Virus record (IMG/VR): IMGVR_UViG_3300037851_000161
Location: 1 to 31,424 of that record
From: a virus
Taxonomy: Duplodnaviria; Caudoviricetes
Length of the DNA: 31,424 bases
Reading direction: 5' to 3' (one strand)
The position numbers and the translations under genes were made by a program. The notes below the pieces were generated by a model, which did no database searches, was not told where the DNA came from, and saw only the letters and a program-made list of their open reading frames with translations. Shown piece by piece: positions 7,931 through 14,771 of this stretch (positions are counted from its first letter, which is position 1; each line of letters begins with the position of its first letter).

Positions 7931-8001
7931 CCTCCTGGCGCGGCCATCCGGTAGAGGAGGAAACCCGGAAGTGGCGCAATGGCGCAGTCCGCGCCAGGAG
8001 G
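7931..8001 (-). ncRNA. Structured intergenic element (three-way junction; possible sRNA or terminator)
   Basis: Perfect 13-bp stem CCTCCTGGCGCGG/CCGCGCCAGGAGG; inner TCCGG/CCGGA stem with loop GTTTCCTCCTCTA; followed by TTTGTCATTTT on the minus strand. Confidence 0.55.
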
Positions 8002-8017
8002 CTCCCGCTGCGGACCC

Positions 8018-8392
8018 TCATGCCAGCGGGAAGTCCGATGAACCCTCGGTTGGGTCGCGGTCGATCTGCTCCTCCTCGTGCTCGCGCGTGATGCGATCGC
8101 GGATGCCAGACAGCATCACGACCGCTTCTTTCGCGATCAGTCGAAGTCCACCGGATTGGGCGCACGTGGATGCAGATCGGCTGAGGATGTAGATTGCCTC
8201 GTCCATGTCTTCAACCCAGATGTTGTACTCGCACTGCGAGCAGATGTAGATCTCTTCGCGATCCAGCCCTATCCCGACGAGCGCAACATCCTTGCGGGAG
8301 TAGCAGCGCTCACAGATAGCAGATTGTTCTTCCCCCACTCCCATCTGTAGGCCCGCGGTTGGGCCGAACCTGTCTAAGTCACCCATTGCCAT
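8018..8392 (-). CDS. Zinc-ribbon plus helical hairpin protein, paralog of 8922-9179
   Basis: CERC...IYICSQC...W...AI...STCAQS..LR; AAAGGAG RBS. Confidence 0.75.
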   Translation of the reverse strand: MAMGDLDRFGPTAGLQMGVGEEQSAICERCYSRKDVALVGIGLDREEIYICSQCEYNIWVEDMDEAIYILSRSASTCAQSGGLRLIAKEAVVMLSGIRDRITREHEEEQIDRDPTEGSSDFPLA

Positions 8393-8403
8393 CTCCTTTT
8401 GGC

Positions 8404-8925
8404 TTACAACTGCACAACGGACTGATGCTCGCGTAAATCATCCAAACTGCATGACTGTAACTCGCATCCCTGTTCTAGCTGATGGACAGTCCACCGCCCG
8501 CTACCACGGAATCCTGATGTTACCCAACACAGTCCCTGTAGCGGGACGACGATCACAGCGGCTACGGCTATGACGCCATGCTGCTTCCCTCGCGACCAGA
8601 TCGATCGATCTGGGATGATAGTCTCACACGGATGGATGCCATAAGTATGCGCGTCCCAATCGGTGTAAGGGTGCTGGCGTAATGCGGCAGGATCGTAGAA
8701 TCCGTGCCACGTCCCATCATCGTCCCCGTCATACAGCCGCCACCACGACCATTTGTGTCTTCTGTGCCAGAGGATCAATAGGTGCTCGTCAGTGTCGATC
8801 GAAACTAATCGTGTCCCTACACTAATTCTCCGGCTTTCTTGTGCGCGTCGGAGATCCAAGGTCACACGTGGATTCTTGCCGTACGCATATTTGCGACCGA
8901 TTACGCACCCGTGTAGCGTTATCAT
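8404..8925 (-). CDS. Hypothetical protein, paralog of 2313-2792
   Basis: Collinear end to end with 2313-2792, plus a Trp-rich insertion HKWSWWRLYDG. Confidence 0.85.
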   Translation of the reverse strand: MITLHGCVIGRKYAYGKNPRVTLDLRRAQESRRISVGTRLVSIDTDEHLLILWHRRHKWSWWRLYDGDDDGTWHGFYDPAALRQHPYTDWDAHTYGIHPCETIIPDRSIWSRGKQHGVIAVAAVIVVPLQGLCWVTSGFRGSGRWTVHQLEQGCELQSCSLDDLREHQSVVQL

Positions 8926-9179
8926 TTGTCCATTGCCGATCGCTCGGCGGAATCGACTCTGCTACGCACTAGATCCAATAGCTCGGCGCACTCGATCGAC
9001 ATCTCGCGCAGTTCGGCGGAGTGCGCGCAGGCGGCGGCGCGCCGGACGAGGACAATCGCGCCGACGATGTGGTTTGCCCACAGGATCATCGCGCATGATG
9101 GACACAGGTATAATTGTGTGCCTTCAATCGGCGGATCTATCAGCGATCCGCAACGCTGGCACTGTCGCGGATCACTCAT
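8922..9179 (-). CDS. Zinc-ribbon plus helical hairpin protein, paralog of 8018-8392
   Basis: CQRC...LYLCPSC...W...AI...AACAHS..LR; ATGA overlaps on both sides. Confidence 0.75.
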   Translation of the reverse strand: MSDPRQCQRCGSLIDPPIEGTQLYLCPSCAMILWANHIVGAIVLVRRAAACAHSAELREMSIECAELLDLVRSRVDSAERSAMDK

Positions 9180-9382
9180 GGCTGCGTCTCGCCACCGCCA
9201 TCAACGGCATCCGCATCCCATGGCGGCATCGATGATCGCGATGCCACGGTGCGCACGACAGCGTCAATGGCCTGCCCAATCGTGCAGCCGTCAGCCGCAG
9301 CGCGGACACGTAGGTAGCGGGCAGTGGTCGATAGGACGCGAGCCTGCAACGACTGGCGAATCACATCTTTTTTTTCTTCCAT
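9176..9382 (-). CDS. Putative ribbon-helix-helix regulator (likely leaderless)
   Basis: SLQARV strand, STTARYLRVRAAADG helix-turn, TIGQAIDAVV helix; first gene after the leftward promoter. Confidence 0.65.
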   Translation of the reverse strand: MEEKKDVIRQSLQARVLSTTARYLRVRAAADGCTIGQAIDAVVRTVASRSSMPPWDADAVDGGGETQP

Positions 9383-9390
9383 CGGCTTCG

Positions 9391-9420
9391 ATCATGCGCC
9401 ATGTTTCCGCACGGCGTCAA
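9391..9420 (-). promoter_or_regulatory. Leftward early promoter
   Basis: TTGACG-N18-CATGAT, 8 nt upstream of ATG 9382, no SD. Confidence 0.6.
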
Positions 9421-9426
9421 GATGCT

Positions 9427-9449
9427 ACATGATTAAATTTTTTTCATGT
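9427..9449. promoter_or_regulatory. Palindromic operator candidate between divergent promoters
   Basis: ACATGA-(11 nt AT-only)-TCATGT between the two -35 boxes. Confidence 0.5.
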
Positions 9450-9452
9450 CGA

Positions 9453-9481
9453 TTGACAACGAAAGAGACCGGACGCACACT
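9453..9481 (+). promoter_or_regulatory. Rightward early promoter
   Basis: TTGACA-N17-CACACT, 7 nt upstream of ATG 9489, no SD. Confidence 0.6.
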
Positions 9482-9488
9482 TACTTAC

Positions 9489-9674
9489 ATGACACAAGAA
9501 GCTGCGCGAGAAGCAATCGTAGACGCGCTGAATGAACTCGCCGCCTTAGAGCAAAGGCGGCAGGAAACTGGAGCGGATATCCGAGACCGCATCAAGCGGT
9601 GTAGGGCCGACATTGATCGATACCGGCGCATCGCAAACGGAAGTGACCGGCAGATGGAGATAGGCGACGCATGA
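9489..9674 (+). CDS. Small coiled-coil protein
   Basis: MTQEAAREAIVDALNELAALEQRRQ heptads; ATGA overlap with the next gene. Confidence 0.7.
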   Translation: MTQEAAREAIVDALNELAALEQRRQETGADIRDRIKRCRADIDRYRRIANGSDRQMEIGDA

Positions 9675-9892
9675 AGCGGCGCTACATCGACCCATGCCAG
9701 GAGCTACGCTGCTGGATCAATGATGATGGTACAGTGTGCCATTCGTCGCACTGGGTAGCTGAACCCGACAAAAACGACGAGTGGGCCATCAAGCAGATGG
9801 CGGAGTGCAAGGGGAGACTCATGCAGCGCGTCAACCTGATTACAGAATGGCTTGATGCCGCCCGTATGGGTAAGTGGGAGGAGAGGCGATGA
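9671..9892 (+). CDS. Hypothetical protein
   Basis: GGAG RBS; ATGA overlaps on both sides. Confidence 0.7.
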   Translation: MKRRYIDPCQELRCWINDDGTVCHSSHWVAEPDKNDEWAIKQMAECKGRLMQRVNLITEWLDAARMGKWEERR

Positions 9893-10428
9893 TTACGTGC
9901 AGCCTATTCGTGGCGTGGCTGATCGTTGATCGCTCGCGCCTGCCGCTTTACCCGATGTGGACGCTGTATCTCTGCACCCAGGTTATCTCGCAGTATGTCA
10001 GATACGAACTCGGCGAGATGATCCCAGTGTTATTGATGGCGGTCTGCATCATGCGTATCGCCGCTGCCGCTGAGTTAGCCCGTCTTAGTTCCTGGATGTG
10101 GCTAGCGATGGGCTCTGGCAGCGCCGCCATGGTGCTGCTGGTCTACACAAATGATGCCGTGGCCGGCCAGCAGGAGGTGCTTGCATGGATCGCGGCGGTA
10201 ATCGCTGTGATGGCGTGGGGCTATCGCCGCGACCATCATTCATTGATCCTCGCGTTACACTGCCTGTCCTGGTCTCTTATCTATTCGACGTACCGATTCT
10301 ACGAGCAGGCATCAACGTGGTGGAACGTGCGGACCATCGGCGCTTGCATCCTCGCCGCCACCATCGCTTTCGACATGTGGCGGAAGCGGAGATATGCTGT
10401 ACAGGCGCGGATTCTGCGCGGGCTTTAG
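9889..10428 (+). CDS. Polytopic membrane protein (about 6 TM)
   Basis: GGAGGAG RBS; repeated hydrophobic segments; basic C-terminus. Confidence 0.75.
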   Translation: MITCSLFVAWLIVDRSRLPLYPMWTLYLCTQVISQYVRYELGEMIPVLLMAVCIMRIAAAAELARLSSWMWLAMGSGSAAMVLLVYTNDAVAGQQEVLAWIAAVIAVMAWGYRRDHHSLILALHCLSWSLIYSTYRFYEQASTWWNVRTIGACILAATIAFDMWRKRRYAVQARILRGL

Positions 10429-10587
10429 AAGCGCCTCCAGGGCCAGTATCTCATCGCGTTGCGAAAGCGACTCTACCAGTCGTAGCAGCGTCTCGCGTAT
10501 AAGACGGTCTTCTTCCTCGTCGTGGAGCGACAAAGCGCGCCGGTAGGCGTATACCGCCAGCGCCGCGAGCAGGAGCACCAGGACCAT
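10312..10587 (-). CDS. Hypothetical protein with N-terminal membrane anchor
   Basis: MVLVLLLAALAVYAYRR then an amphipathic helix; 3' end overlaps the convergent membrane gene. Confidence 0.45.
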   Translation of the reverse strand: MVLVLLLAALAVYAYRRALSLHDEEEDRLIRETLLRLVESLSQRDEILALEALLKPAQNPRLYSISPLPPHVESDGGGEDASADGPHVPPR

Positions 10588-10609
10588 CTCATGGTGTTAG
10601 TGCGCGATG

Positions 10610-10635
10610 TCAGCCGATTCTCTCAGATCGGCTGA
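10610..10635. terminator. Hairpin near the end of the late operon
   Basis: TCAGCCGAT-8 nt-ATCGGCTGA; no clear U tract. Confidence 0.35.
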
Positions 10636-10687
10636 TCGTCTGGCTTCTTGCCTTGTTTCGGCTTGGGCTTCGGCTTTGTTTTTTTCT

Positions 10688-10957
10688 TCATCGTGTCCAG
10701 TAAACCACCATCACTATATCGCGGCTAAGCGCTGGCCGGGATAGTGTCAGTCGCCTTCCAGCGACGGAGTAATCACGTGCGAGGCGACTAAGCAGAAGTC
10801 CGTTATGACTGACTAATATTAGTCCATCCGGCATTCTATCGAGAGTGAATTCGCTCGTTGCTGATTCGCAGATCCACTCCTGCGTTAGTTGCTCTGGCGC
10901 TTCAGCGCTGAGTGTTGCGCGATGCTGGAATAGCAGGGCCCTGCGAGTGATGTTCAC
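10688..10957 (-). CDS. Small beta-sandwich virion-type protein
   Basis: FTL..P...V..NG...DYSV.G..LTL..P...D.V.V.Y pattern typical of phage tail attachment domains; GTGA overlap. Confidence 0.6.
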   Translation of the reverse strand: MNITRRALLFQHRATLSAEAPEQLTQEWICESATSEFTLDRMPDGLILVSHNGLLLSRLARDYSVAGRRLTLSRPALSRDIVMVVYWTR

Positions 10958-11253
10958 TTACTGCTACACACCCAGTCTTTCTCGATTCCTAGCGCACATC
11001 CATCAGCGTTGAATTCTTTTCGCAGCGCCTCGAAGAATGTTTTCCACTCGGTCACTGCCTTTTCCACCGCTTTCTCAGCGTCGAGTAACTCAGACATCTT
11101 CACAGTGTCTCTCTGCCGTAGGAGCATCAGTTGATGCTGCGCTACCAGTAGGCGTAATTGGACGCGCGATATAGCCTCGTGGCGTTCCGGTGGGATTGCT
11201 TTCGGCGCTGGCGTGATCGTTTGTGCCAATAACAATGCGAATGTCAGGAGCAT
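10954..11253 (-). CDS. Signal-peptide coiled-coil protein (possible fibre chaperone)
   Basis: MLLTFALLLA|QT, long amphipathic helices, C-terminal Cys pair; directly after a fibre-like gene. Confidence 0.6.
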   Translation of the reverse strand: MLLTFALLLAQTITPAPKAIPPERHEAISRVQLRLLVAQHQLMLLRQRDTVKMSELLDAEKAVEKAVTEWKTFFEALRKEFNADGCALGIEKDWVCSSK

Positions 11254-12035
11254 CCTACAGTCACCGCGCCGCTCGATGAAACAGTAACACTCGTCACGTG
11301 CTCGCCAGGATCGCATGATGCCGATCCTCCGGTGTGGTACGAGGTAATGTGATCCGACAAACTCGTGATACAAGTAGGACACGAGATCGTATACTGATTG
11401 GACCCAAGGTCTTCGATGTAGATCGGCCCGCCGGAAAAGATTGATGCTACGTTTGATGTGCACGTGACTGTCGGCGTCGCTGTCCCTGATGCGATGGACA
11501 CTGTAACTACAGCATTATTCCCGCCGCTACAAGATGAACTGCCACCTGCCGGAGGAGATGCCACCGCGCCGCACGATGCCGACAGCGATCCTGCACTCGT
11601 CAGCGCCACTGATAATACTCGCTCGCCGAGTGGGCATACAGTAGATCCTCCAGGCATCACAAAATCTCCTGACGAATTGATGCGCAGAATCCCATTCGCC
11701 GTAAGTCCGATAAGTCGGTGTAACTCCCACTTCACGCCGCTATCCATGCTCGTGATGCCGTATCGGTTGACGGTCCCATACGAGCCTCCAGTTCCGATGT
11801 TGATCGCGGCGTTGGATGGTAGCGTGATGCCAAGGTCGGACAGCATTATCGTCGCACCTGGAGTGATCGACGATGCGCCTTGCACCGCGACGCAGGAGCC
11901 TCCAGCGCTCACGGGCTCGCATACGTTCAGCGTGCCGCTCAGTGTCGGAGCATTGAAGGGCGACACAAGATCAATGCGACTCGTCGTCTGACACACGGCA
12001 CTTATCGCACATACAAACAGAAGTAGTATTCTCAT
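11244..12035 (-). CDS. Signal-peptide, Cys-paired fibre-like protein
   Basis: MRILLLFVCAISAVC|QTT; three C..G..V..V....G....C hairpin repeats; 10 Cys in the mature part; Gly/Ser/Thr-rich. Confidence 0.7.
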   Translation of the reverse strand: MRILLLFVCAISAVCQTTSRIDLVSPFNAPTLSGTLNVCEPVSAGGSCVAVQGASSITPGATIMLSDLGITLPSNAAINIGTGGSYGTVNRYGITSMDSGVKWELHRLIGLTANGILRINSSGDFVMPGGSTVCPLGERVLSVALTSAGSLSASCGAVASPPAGGSSSCSGGNNAVVTVSIASGTATPTVTCTSNVASIFSGGPIYIEDLGSNQYTISCPTCITSLSDHITSYHTGGSASCDPGEHVTSVTVSSSGAVTVGCS

Positions 12036-12361
12036 AGCTCCTTCTTTCTGCGAAGTATTACTTCCTCCGCGCTTTCATCTGCCTCATAGACGCACATTCT
12101 GGAACGAGATAGTTTGTCGATTGCGGCCAGCATCTTTCCGCGATTCTCGTTACTCTCCTTGATTAGCTCGAACAACTCGCGTGAGAGTGCCGCGAGTTGC
12201 CGTTCCGAGTGCCGCCGATCCTGACGGTAGAATGTCAGGCACAGGACCGCCATTGCGACTCCCGCGCCCCAGTTAAGCCATTCGGTCTCTCCGACCTGTA
12301 GAAGAAACGACCACACCGTGACAGGTGCTGCTATGTATGGGATCAGAGATGGGTATGTCAT
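12032..12361 (-). CDS. Holin-like protein (BhlA/UviB-like architecture)
   Basis: TM helix WGAGVAMAVLCLTFY, then RQDRR and a coiled coil; start uncertain. Confidence 0.55.
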   Translation of the reverse strand: MTYPSLIPYIAAPVTVWSFLLQVGETEWLNWGAGVAMAVLCLTFYRQDRRHSERQLAALSRELFELIKESNENRGKMLAAIDKLSRSRMCVYEADESAEEVILRRKKEL

Positions 12362-12530
12362 TGCGAAAGATGATGGCAATCTCGTCTCCGATCCTGCCGA
12401 CTGAAACATAGTGTGAGCACGCCGAGACAACGGGCGTACCAAATTGATCCAACCTACAAAAAGAGACATAGCCACATACAGGGCAGATAGCTCCAGGGGA
12501 AGCGATTACCCATGAGACGTCATGATGCAA
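12273..12530 (-). CDS. Hypothetical Cys/His protein
   Basis: CPVC...CSH; starts 1 nt after the holin stop; overlaps the next gene. Confidence 0.4.
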   Translation of the reverse strand: MHHDVSWVIASPGAICPVCGYVSFCRLDQFGTPVVSACSHYVSVGRIGDEIAIIFRNDIPISDPIHSSTCHGVVVSSTGRRDRMA

Positions 12531-12531
12531 G

Positions 12532-12729
12532 TCAGTATCTCGGGGGAGTATCGTTACTATCCGCGGAGAACCACCCGAGCAGAAGAATCCCTACGACCAT
12601 AATCACAAAAGATGCCTTCACCCACCATGGCGTTGATGGGTCCAGCAACTCTCTGATATTCATCACGGCCATCGATAGTACCGTCAGTATGCCTGCGCGC
12701 GTTGTCCTGTAGTGTCCTTTCGGCCTCAT
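12532..12729 (-). CDS. Putative two-TM holin
   Basis: RTTRAGILTVL first TM; second TM ending GWFSADS, a pattern common in small phage holins. Confidence 0.6.
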   Translation of the reverse strand: MRPKGHYRTTRAGILTVLSMAVMNIRELLDPSTPWWVKASFVIMVVGILLLGWFSADSNDTPPRY

Positions 12730-12944
12730 TTCCGCCTCCGTTTTCTTGCGATAGTCGCCGGTGCTTTGCGTTTCTTCGACTCGCGCAATTGCGTAATTGC
12801 GAGTGTTAATTGCGGCCTGAGAGATTCGAGTATCAGTTGAGCCGCGCGATCGGCTGGCAGTGATCCATCATCCGCCATCACGGCAGAATAGATAGTCATC
12901 CCAATACCGATATACTCGGCCCAACTAAGGTTGATCGTATTCAT
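12726..12944 (-). CDS. Hypothetical protein with basic tail
   Basis: ATGA overlaps on both sides. Confidence 0.6.
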   Translation of the reverse strand: MNTINLSWAEYIGIGMTIYSAVMADDGSLPADRAAQLILESLRPQLTLAITQLRESKKRKAPATIARKRRRK

Positions 12945-14770
12945 CGCATCTCTGCCTTTCCGCTCAGTGTTGATCGCCCACTAAGCATAGTTGTCTGTCC
13001 GTTTGCGTTTACGTCGAAGCTGGCCAGCGACACGACGTATGGATTGAAGGAACTTAGTAAAGTGAATATTCTGATTGTTCCATCGCCATTATCGAATGCT
13101 GACTCTGGCGGTAACTGGTATGGTCCATAGGCATTGCCCGGCAATCCAAACGGAGAACCAGAAGTGAACTGATCGTATGGCGGCGCTGAGTCAGGATCGT
13201 ACACCGGCGGAAACAGCGTGAAGTTCGCGTTGTCGTTCGCGGGCGAATGAACAAGGATCGCGTGCCAGCTTTGCGCTCCAGTCGATTGATTGTGATTGAC
13301 CAGAATGCGAACCTCGCGGCTCCACTTCCACGGCTGCGGTCCATCGCTCGTGCGAGCCCAGATACCGCCGCATTCCGCAGCGCCGTATGTTGCCACCCAT
13401 CTGTTGATCGATCCGTACCACCGCACGCTATGTTCGCCGATGCAGGGCAATCCGCTCGATGTCCCTACGTGATCCCAGTTCTGTAGCAGCGGAACCGCTG
13501 AATCCTCATCCTGCAAAGTCCATGTTGGAGTCGTGGCCGTGAGATAGTAAGCGTTGCTAAGTCCGTTTGAGTATGTCGCTGCATCAATCGCAGACGTGCT
13601 CGCCAGCATCGCCATCAGATACAGATTGCTTTTGCGGTATGCCCACGTCGAGCCGAAGCAGAACAACACATCCTGTCCTTGCAGCGGCGCGGGGAGACCA
13701 TCCGAGATTGCGGACGGCATATCATCAGCGGCCATATATTCGCACGAGCCCATGATGAATTTCCCGATGTTGATGTCCTGCCTCGGCATGACAACAAACT
13801 GAAGTCCGCTACACGACGAGCACGTTACTGCTTGGTTCAGCGTGATCGTATTTCCAGCGACGTCTACGACCATATATCGGACTCCGCTCACATGCCAGTT
13901 ACCCTCGATGATGACTCCCTCGTATATCTCATCGTCTGCCCATGTCGTAGATGCAACAGATCCAGATGTGCGAGTGACAACAGCAGATCCGTTTGTCGCA
14001 TCAACAGTAGCAACTGGAATCGTCGGAGCCTCGGAAATCGTAGCCCCTCGCGTCCACGTCGGAGCATTCGTGCTTGTGATCGAAGATGTATCTATGTCCG
14101 ATTTGAGTAACACCGTGCGTCCCTTCAGCGACAGCCGAGGCATATTCAATCTCGTTTGCGCTAGCGTTTGCGCGTACAGTGTCGTTCCTATCGAAAAGCC
14201 ACCAACTGGCGGGACACCGGCGCCGTAAAAATCACCGGCCTGCGCGCCTGTTATCGACTGCATAGCGGCTTTCGGTATCTCGCCAGTATGTGCAGGATCA
14301 GTGATTACAGTCATGGCCGGGCAGCTGGAATATTGTGTATCTGCGCCCTGAATTGTCGCCTTCAAATTCTCGAACGAGTGGCAATCGTTCTGCGTCGTTG
14401 ACGGCAGCAACGCCATCACGTGCGTTCCGAGACACAGAGTATCCGATTGGCCAGGGCCGAAATTACAGTTAGTGCGCTCGTGCACAGACATCGTTTTACT
14501 TGCGCCGGAATCATAGTATGTCGTCACCGAATCTCCGAAGAAAATGAAGATGCGCCCGTCCGCAAGCCTGATGCTCGGTCCTTCATCCGATCCATGCACC
14601 CCGGCTAAAGTCATGGTTTGCGATGGGCTCGCCTGCGATCCGTAGACATCGAGGATATCCATTTGCTCCAGGTCGCCGATTACCTGTTGCCGGTACACCA
14701 TCGAGTTTTGGATCGGCTGCGCGGATACAGCGCAGATCGAAATAGCAATAGCGACGATAAGGTACCGCAT
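12941..14770 (-). CDS. Secreted DUF4185-like (five-bladed propeller, GH183-like) hydrolase with inserted phage beta-barrel segment
   Basis: Signal MRYLIVAIAISICAVSA|QP; GSDEG..., IFIFFGDS, GEHSVRW, PW.WS, YGPY, LLSSFNPYVVSL motifs; insertion TVDATNGSAVVTRTSG. Confidence 0.6.
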   Translation of the reverse strand: MRYLIVAIAISICAVSAQPIQNSMVYRQQVIGDLEQMDILDVYGSQASPSQTMTLAGVHGSDEGPSIRLADGRIFIFFGDSVTTYYDSGASKTMSVHERTNCNFGPGQSDTLCLGTHVMALLPSTTQNDCHSFENLKATIQGADTQYSSCPAMTVITDPAHTGEIPKAAMQSITGAQAGDFYGAGVPPVGGFSIGTTLYAQTLAQTRLNMPRLSLKGRTVLLKSDIDTSSITSTNAPTWTRGATISEAPTIPVATVDATNGSAVVTRTSGSVASTTWADDEIYEGVIIEGNWHVSGVRYMVVDVAGNTITLNQAVTCSSCSGLQFVVMPRQDINIGKFIMGSCEYMAADDMPSAISDGLPAPLQGQDVLFCFGSTWAYRKSNLYLMAMLASTSAIDAATYSNGLSNAYYLTATTPTWTLQDEDSAVPLLQNWDHVGTSSGLPCIGEHSVRWYGSINRWVATYGAAECGGIWARTSDGPQPWKWSREVRILVNHNQSTGAQSWHAILVHSPANDNANFTLFPPVYDPDSAPPYDQFTSGSPFGLPGNAYGPYQLPPESAFDNGDGTIRIFTLLSSFNPYVVSLASFDVNANGQTTMLSGRSTLSGKAEMR

Positions 14771-14771
14771 C

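Noticed and set aside
7931-8001. tRNA gene
   Set aside because: No TTC-containing T-loop, no anticodon arm or CCA end; the 13-bp closing stem does not fit a cloverleaf
10931-10957. Tat signal in MNITRRALL
   Set aside because: A twin-arginine-like motif is present but no hydrophobic h-region follows; not supportable without TatP/SignalP
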